From contig OX597828.1 in assembly GCA_951406725.2 (NCBI GenBank), forward strand, positions 8,060,001 through 8,124,000: a DNA stretch of 64,000 bases, read 5' to 3'. Shown one piece after another: positions 55,686 through 64,000 of this stretch. The DNA comes from Octopus vulgaris (lineage: Eukaryota). The notes under the pieces were generated by a model. The model saw only the letters and a program-made list of their open reading frames with translations. It had not been told where the DNA came from and made no database searches. The translations under genes were made by a program, and so were the position numbers. The stretch's first letter is position 1; each line of letters begins with the position of its first letter.

Positions 55686-56022
55686 CCGGAGTAAGCACAT
55701 AAGTGTGAGACAAGGTGGAAAAAAATTACTCAATTACCAGACATAGAGTAATATGCTTTATTAAAAAGCAGCAGAAATATAACAAAAGGTGTTACTCAGA
55801 GTTTCACGTCCCGTTCGTCGGGCAGTTTTGATAAAAAAAAAAAAAGTTACTCGGCCGGTAGTCGGAAACAAGGTAAAAGATGACTCGTCCGAGAAAATAA
55901 CATTCTTCCACTGCTCTAGGGACGAATTCTCTAATTTGTTTTTTAAACAAAACTGTCCGACAAACGAGAACGTGAAATCCTGAGTAACAGCTTTTGTTAT
56001 ATTTCTGCTGCTTTTAAATAAA
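55686..56022. mobile_element. Foldback hammerhead repeat with a captured Tc1 fragment between the arms
   Basis: Arms at about 55756-55830 and 55946-56022 are inverted repeats, homologous to 7805-7998. Confidence 0.8.
55846..55922 (-). pseudogene. ~77-bp Tc1 transposase fragment (first catalytic Asp)
   Basis: Translates to SLEQWKNVIFSDESSFTLFPTTGRVT, fitting the Tc1 W..V.FSDES.F motif. Confidence 0.8.
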
Positions 56023-56632
56023 GTATATATATAAATATATATATATATATATTCATACATACACACATACATACATACATACGTAGGTAGGTAGGAAGGA
56101 AGGTAGATAGATAGATAGATAAATATATAGATACATATACATACACACACATATGCATATACATCAATAAAAATAGCAGCTTTTGCTAGTATGCGTTTGT
56201 GCTGTGAGACAGAGTTTACATCCTTGATTGTTCTTATTTTAGGTTTTTACATAGAAATTTATTAATTCAACTGAATTAAAGAAGTAGTTTGAAATGACAT
56301 CGATAAGTATGCTATCATTTCGGAAGAACTCGAAAATATTTTGCTATTTATTACTTTTTAGTAAAACGTATTAAGCAATCCATTTCGGTAATTTTGCAAG
56401 AAGTAATTACCATTTCGTCCAAATAACCAGAAAACATATTAATGGGATATATAAAAACGAAAGAAAAAGAAAAATATTTTAGACATATTAATGACCAGTC
56501 AAACTAGTGTATCTGCTAGTCATATGATCTGACACGAGTACAGACGTACATATAATCACAGGTATATGTAGGTATGAATGTACGTATGTGTGCGTGTGCG
56601 TGCATGTACATGTATTTATAGATGATATATGA

Positions 56633-56681
<49 letters not shown>

Positions 56682-56909
56682 CATACACACACACACACAT
56701 ATTCGAATATAAATGCATATGCTCAGAGAGAGAGACACACTGCTACATGTAGAATTTTATATAAAATTTATTACTTAATTAGGCAAATATGAACACGACC
56801 AAGACAGGGAGAGAAAGAATGACAAAGATGTACAAATTAAAAGAGAAAAGTACTTGTGAATCTATATATACCTATGCAAACATACATGTGTGAGTATGTC
56901 TCTCTCTAT

Positions 56910-57008
<99 letters not shown>

Positions 57009-57067
57009 GTATAAACAACCAAACGTGCACACACACATAAAACACACACACACATATATATATAGAT

Positions 57068-57098
57068 ACAGGTGTTGGACAAAATCATGGAAACAAAT
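57068..57098 (+). mobile_element. Tc1-like terminal inverted repeat stub
   Basis: TA-CAGGTGTTGGACAAAAT...GGAAACA; no partner end found. Confidence 0.4.
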
Positions 57099-57142
57099 TT
57101 ATTTTATAATAGATAGACAGATAGACAGACAGATAGATAGAT

Positions 57143-57188
<46 letters not shown>

Positions 57189-57208
57189 TCAGACAGACAG
57201 ATAGATAA

Positions 57209-57282
<74 letters not shown>

Positions 57283-57758
57283 GGATGGATGGATGAGTTG
57301 GTTTACAGGCAAGACGAAATGACGTAAAATATATTTATCTAATATCTCTGTGTATGCTGTATATGTACATACATTCACACAGACAGACACACATGCATAC
57401 TCACACACACATATGTATTTATACATAGATGTATACACATGTGACGGTGCATAAATTTATATTTACTCGGTTGTTTTAATTGGGCTTATATAATGTATGC
57501 GCACATTTACGAAACGGCAGTCGTTCTAAATAATTGTTATATGCATACGTATGTCGGAATATATACGAAATAACGCCTAGTTGTAATGTTTTACACACGC
57601 GTGTGATCATGAGCATGTGTGCTTCTTAGTAAGTATATCATCGTTTATGTATCCTCATCTAAAGAACTTGAATGTATCCCAAGACCATTATAATCACAAA
57701 CTTTAACCTACCATCATATGGCTTCTCGTCCCATCACACATTTACGTTGTCTTCTAAA

Positions 57759-58015
57759 AAAAATAAATGCGCCCTTTTAAAGCCTAGCCAGGCTCATAGG
57801 CCCGGTTTCCCGGTTTCTATGGTGAATTTGTTCCCCAGCTGGACAGGATGCCAGTCCATCGCAGCGTTACTCATTTTTGCCAGCTGAGCGGACTGGAGCA
57901 ACGGGAAATGAAGTGTTTTGCTCAAGAACACAACGCGTCGCCCGGTGCAGGAATCGAAACCACAATCTTACGATCATGGTGCTGATACCCTAACCATGAA
58001 GCCTCATGCCTCCAC
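57759..58015 (-). mobile_element. SINE family C variant (V-domain-like tail) with an 11-bp TSD
   Basis: tRNA head with ggtttcgattcc B-box, gcgatggactggcatcctgtccag; TSD tgtcttctaaa at 57748-57758 and 58016-58026. Confidence 0.88.
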
Positions 58016-60140
58016 TGTCTTCTAAATATCACTTGATTATCATAATTACTATTATTTCTATTTCTATTAAACTATCTTTCGGTAGTTGTCTTTTAAAGCG
58101 ACTCGATACATTCTGAGAAGAAAAAAATAATATAAAATAAGAAAGAAGCTTTACTTATTCCCCAGAAGCTAAAATTTTCGCTTGACATCCTACTCGACTC
58201 ATTGTAACAATTTCGGAATTGTGCTGTAAATAAACAATTGTCAAATATCATTTGAATTGAGCGCTACAACTCAAGGACTCAGTTTCTATTTATAATTATG
58301 TGCGTGTGTTAGAGAGAAAAAGAGAAGGGTATGTGTGTATGTGAGTTAGTTTGTCAGCAGACAGTTTAATGCACGGAATTCTGCCTTGCTTTTTTATATT
58401 AATACTTGAACAGTGGATTAAATGTTTTACAATACTTTTAATTTCGTCTTCAGTTATTTCTCTGACATCAATAAAAAGCCGTGTAACTCCTTTCCATATT
58501 TCAATCTAGAAGATTCAACGCATTCACTGAACTTTGGTTCTTGCCCGATACTAACATTCCTTGTTTCTACAATGCTAGCGTTGATGCAGTTGATTAAAAT
58601 TGGCATTGTTCAAATTATTTAGTTGTTTTTTTTTTCTATCTATGTTTAAACTTGAGCAGTTTTGTCTTTTTGTCGACATCGGAAGTATCAGTTATATACA
58701 GGTAAGAGTTTCCCCGACGGATACCTCCCAAATCAAAGAGGGTATTCTACCATGTGTTCGCTCGACTTGCTATCAATAGCAGCCAATCTTCCATCAACTA
58801 ATAATACTACCGTCTTCAAAACTTACAGGCAACATTATATATTGCAACTTTGGATTCAAAGTACCAGTGTAAAAGTCGGTATAATTATAACAGAAATACC
58901 TTTGATTATAGATCTGAGTGATCAAGTCTGATCTAAAATAAACATGTAAGTTATAGCATCTTCTAAAAAATACTTGCATACTGGCGTCGGACTTAATGGA
59001 AAAAAAATTTTACTTTAGTATACTATGTTTAATGTTTTAGAGCACGATGATATTTTGAGTTCGGTAACAAATTTTTATTTTCAGATGAAGATATTTCATT
59101 ACCCCTATGTCATTTGATAGCTTTAGGAAAGGCAGAAAGAACATTATTTTCATAAATCCTCTCTTATAAAATATGAAACCATTGTATTTGATAGAAAGAG
59201 ATAAATCAATATTTATTTCATTGTGCCCGAGGTCGGTATTGTCTGCGATACCTCTGGTGACGATAAAATAACTATTATTAATATGGCAAACTATATTCAA
59301 TTGATTATATACTTCCCTGTTGTCAATATTTAATTTGTGCCTCACCAAAAGAAACCAATGTAATAGCTATTTCAGGCGGAGATTGGGAAACAGTCAAAAC
59401 TTCTGATTAAATATAACTTTACTATATTTGTTTTCGTCCCTATACGCTCTGAGTTCAAACTCTATCTGTGTTAAAGTGCCACCTCTCTCCCCTCTGGTGT
59501 TGTTAATATAATTTCAAGTAATGTGAAGTACATGTTATTGTCTGTAGTCCTCCCTTTTCAAAAGTATGTTACGAATTTAATGTTCATCTCAAGGGCAATG
59601 GCAATGTAAATAATAGCATAAAAGGTCACTTGTATCGTATATGAGAAGCAAAGCAACGATTTTTGGTTATTAATTCTAAAATAAGCCTTGATAACTGGAA
59701 TTTAGTTGAATAGTTGGAACAATAATTTAACGAGACTAGAAAAGGCCAAACTTCAACATCAATGAAGCGGAACACATTTTATCTGTTCTCAGGCAGGTAC
59801 GATGAAGGCAGGTACGAAAACATCGTGAAAAGGTAAGATCTAACGTTTCGAACATCGTATTTCGCCAGGTGAGTAAAATAAAACAAATACAAAACTAAAG
59901 AAGCTGAATGATATTGAAGGTTTAGGTGTAGATAAGTAAATAAGTAAGAAGGGGAAACTAAAGGAGCTAAGTACGAGCGATGACGCTGAAAGGAGAAGAC
60001 TGAGAAAAGGGAGCGAGACAGAGAGAGGAGGAAAGAAATAATGCGAGACAGGAAAGCTATTGTAGGGCCTAAACGGTGAGTGAAAATATGGAAATTTAGA
60101 AGTGAAGAAAGAAAATCATTAACCTCGAAATATCTCTCTG

Positions 60141-60512
60141 TACTCTCTTTTACTTGTTTCAGTCATTTGACTGCGACCATGCTGGAGCACCGCCCTTAGT
60201 CGAGCAAATCGACCCTAGGAATTATTCTTTGTAAGCCTAGTACTTATTCTATCGGTGTTTTGCCGAACCGCTAAGTTACGGGGACATAAACACACCAGCA
60301 TCGGTTGTCAAGCGATGTTGGGTGGGGGGACAAACACACACACACATATATACATAAACATATATACGACGGGCTTCTTTCAGTTTCCGTCTTCCAAATC
60401 CACTCACAAGGCTATGGCAGAAGACACTTGCCCAAGAAGCCACGCAGTGGGACTGAACCCGGAACCATGTGGCTTGTAAGCAAGCTACTTACAACACAGC
60501 CACTCCTACGCC
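60141..60512 (-). mobile_element. SINE family A, full length
   Basis: Reverse-complement match to 1434-1842. Confidence 0.92.
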
Positions 60513-60999
60513 TATATGATATCTACTCATGCATATTCCCTTACTCTTATTTAGTTATTCTATGATCAATACTTTAAGTGAGAACAGCGTGAACTACGCT
60601 TCGGTGAAGAGGCCTGCTAAGACCAAAAGTTGTGATGAGTTGTCTACCTTACTTGTGGAATTTCTTAAACCAACAAAAGCTAGTGATTTAGCTTTTTATT
60701 TTTTTTTTTCTCATCGGAGGAGTATTTCTTATTAGCTTTTAAAGGTTAGCAATACTAACTGTACTGAATCAGACTGAATCCACCTTTATGTTGCGCTCTT
60801 AAAGGAAGATTTCGCTTCAAATGCCGCTGTGATTTCAAAAGTTTCAAACTTTCTCCTCATAATTTATGTCTACTTTTTATAATATAATTCGCATACAAGG
60901 ATCACTTGACGTATATTATACTTTTACACGATCTCTCTCAATCTCTCTCTCTTCTATCCTTCTCTTCTCCCATCTCTCCCTTCCGCTCGTCTCTCACCC

Positions 61000-61470
61000 A
61001 CTCCCTTTCTTCTTGTTGTTCGGCTATGGCGAAAGAATGTATCTGATGGACGCGTCTGAAACGATTGGAGACAAACACTTTCCTCTCTGGTCAACCTCTC
61101 ATCAACTTCTTCAAGTACCACTTGAAAAGGAAAGTGAGAGTAGAGGGGCAAGTTTTGTCTAGCGAATGTTTCAAAAAAAGATGGGTGAATGTAGCAAGGA
61201 TGGCACGTATGAATGACAAGCCACCTTGAGCATGAACCCGGAAAATTTAAAACCGACGGTTACCTACTTGCAAACAAATGTTGTAACATGTAACATTAAT
61301 GACCGGGGTTACCGTGGTCTTTTCCGTAGGCTATTCTTTCCAAGGATAAACCTTATCTGTTACCTCTTCTTTCCCTTTTCCGATCCCTTTTGATCGAAAA
61401 CCTACCCCACTTTTTTTCTCTCTCCCCAAAAAGGAAAAGCTCTACTTAGTAATCTATCCCGTCTTTGTAA
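61000..61470 (+). mobile_element. L1/Tx1-type LINE 3' end, same family as 38452-39900
   Basis: GQPLINFFKYHLKRKVRVEGQVLSSECFKKRWVNVARMA versus GKALIDFFKFDLKRKVRVEREMLSSSEFMKRRVKVPKMA. Confidence 0.85.
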
Positions 61471-61509
61471 TATCTGCCTTTCTCTGTCTGTTTGTCCGTC
61501 TGTCTGTCC

Positions 61510-61623
<114 letters not shown>

Positions 61624-62869
61624 ATGTATCTATACATACGTCACTGTTTTCATATGCATGTGTTGTGAGTATGTGTGTGTGTGTATTTGATTTTTCGTCT
61701 ATGTTCCATTTTTTTAATGTTTCTTTGAGCAAAATTCTACATTGTATATATATGAATTTAATGGATGCTTTCTTAATCTGCTCCACGGAAATATATCCAT
61801 GCATATGCATATACATATATACATGCATGCGTACATGCATACATACATACATTCACATGCACGCTCATATTTTGTCACCAGCACAACTTCAGTCACATCA
61901 TCTACTCCCACTATGTTACACTCCCGTCTCTGGTATGTCCATTAACACTGCAATTACGACCGTCACCATGGCTAATTTTACAATCACTATTTAATTTCAC
62001 TTTGCTCGCCATTGATACTGCTAATGTTTCATTGGGAAATAGTCGTTGGCAAATAAAAACGACTTAATAGCTTCAACACAATCCAATATTCTCGGCATGC
62101 ACCAAACCGAACTCGATTCAGAAAATTTACTATTAAATATTTATAGTGTACATACGGAATAAAACAGAAAACAGAAAACGGACAAACACTTAATATACAT
62201 TTATAAATAACATCCACATGCACAGGCTCGAAACTGTCACCGAGAATATAGGAACATGAAAGGCTGAAAGGGACACTCGGATGTTAGTTTTGATATATAA
62301 ACACCAGCTGGCTTAAATCTTACGCTTGGATCTGACTTGTTTTACGACATCTTTCTTAGATTCGCCATGTGCGAACTGTAAGTATGGCTTTAATATAACA
62401 AGGGAGTTCTTTGTTTGGTTGAGTTTGTGCTGTTAAAATCGTGTTATTCTTGAGGGCGTGTATTGGTAGAATCGTTATAACGTCGGGCACAATACCTTGC
62501 GGAACTTAGTTACTATTGCCTTTATTCAATGTTCGAATCCTTTCATTAACTTTCATTAACTTAACATTAACTTTCATAATTCAAGTTTCTGTTCTTGGTA
62601 GTATTTAATCCCTTTTCATTTCCGATTAAGCAAATGATCAAAATCATTCCAGATTTTATAATGATGTCTTATATTTTATTTTTTGTACATATATTATTAT
62701 ATCTAGAGACCGCCAAAAATGTATACACACTTCAGGAAAAGATAAAATCTGTATCAGTTATTCAGTGTTATCACAATTTGATAAAATATCGAAAGAAGTA
62801 GGGGTACTTGTACAACTGAAATATCTGTACAGATTTTCCCTTTCCTGAGTTTGTATACATTTCTCTGCA

Positions 62870-63383
62870 CCGTAAATCCTCGAGTATAGTCCGCCCTTGA
62901 GTATAATACGCAGGGGATTTTTAGGGGGCAGTACTTCTGAAAAACCTAAACCTTGTGTATAATACGCACTCCTTCTCTAACTTGAGTCGTGCGTAATTAA
63001 GCCAGCAGCACCTAGTCGAACAAACACTTCCGCACATGTGTAATACAATAATGGTGTTAACTGTTACATAGGAACGTAAATATGTTTGCAAATTGTTTTT
63101 GTTACATTATTCTGTGTTCTGAATACTTTTATTTTAATAAATATTGCTTACAGCAAGTTATAGATGATTCTTTTATGACTTCATTGCTTTCAGGCTTAGC
63201 TTAAAGGTATTTTCGCGCTCGACATCACAAAATGCGTCTGAACAAACATTAACAGACAGCAAATAGAGACTCGGACAAGGCTTAGATAGTATTTTTCATT
63301 TTTAACCTCGTATATAGTACGCACTAGAGATTTTGACCTTTAAATTTTGGGAAAAAATGCGGATTATACTCGAAGATTTACGA
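62870..63383. mobile_element. ~514-bp pogo/Tc2-like MITE
   Basis: TIR ccgtaaatcctcgagtatagtccgc versus gcggattatactcgaagatttacga, with an internal repeat of gagtataatacgca near both ends. Confidence 0.82.
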
Positions 63384-64000
63384 TATATTATACTTAAGAG
63401 TAATGAAATTAATTGGGTTGAGTTTAAAGTGTAACCGCGGAAATACTTCCTGTAACGAGGCAATTACTTCCGGTTGTAGCCCTTCTATAGGAATCTATTG
63501 GTTTGCGACTACTAGTAGATGCTTCACGTGATTTTTAAAACTTTTAGATATAGTTATATTTGGGTATGGTCATATTTTTGCGAATTAAGCACACGCACTA
63601 TATCCTTGGTCCTCACTCAGCTTTATTGTTATTATTCATATTTTAGTGTCCTCTGTCATAAATCTTTCGTCACAAATCCTGTGACCTCTTAAACGAATCC
63701 CCATTACATGGAAGTGTTCTGTTTAACAGTTCCATACATATACGCAGGCTTGTGACACATGCAAACTCGATGTTTTGTCCCCACTAAAAGCAAAGGTTTT
63801 ATGCCTATTTCTAACATAATTGTAAAGTTACTGAGATTTCGATGGGTTGGCGGACATGGACTGTATTTGATTTGATTATAATTACAACAGGACTTGACTC
63901 CTAATCAACCAATTTATGGAGCCTAGATCAAAGGACGTATAGTATAAAATAAGACTAAGAACATCTAGTGAAGCAGAATTTGAACCCCCAATGTTGGAGA

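Noticed and set aside
59840-59872. Minus-strand CUGGCGA...GAAACGUU motif
   Set aside because: Core altered and stems I/II poor; possibly a very old PLE remnant, but unsupported.
61042-61068. CUGAUGG...GAAAC hammerhead-like string
   Set aside because: Lies within L1/Tx1 coding remnant (WTRLK) and has no stems I/III.

Overview
This is AT-rich eukaryotic, repeat-dominated intergenic or intronic DNA. The SINE families and dense (TA)/(CA)/(TACA)/(AAT)/(TAGA) microsatellites look like an octopod cephalopod genome; that is inferred from recognised repeats, not from a search. I can support no intact protein-coding gene: most ORF-track entries are microsatellite translations, and the recognisable rest are decayed transposon ORFs. 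The window holds three tRNA-derived SINE families, fragments of CR1-, L1/Tx1-, RTE-, R4/Dong- and Penelope-type retroelements, Tc1/mariner remnants, two MITEs, and a 28S rRNA fragment spliced into a SINE. The most unusual signal is a set of hammerhead-ribozyme-like RNA folds. Two sequence-unrelated repeats (169-235 minus, 54801-54876 plus) share a rearranged, pseudoknotted hammerhead layout with covarying stems. A separate foldback repeat family carries a minimal hammerhead on each strand; one arm ends at the predicted cleavage site, and another copy holds a Tc1 transposase fragment between its arms. All structures were folded by eye and none has been tested.
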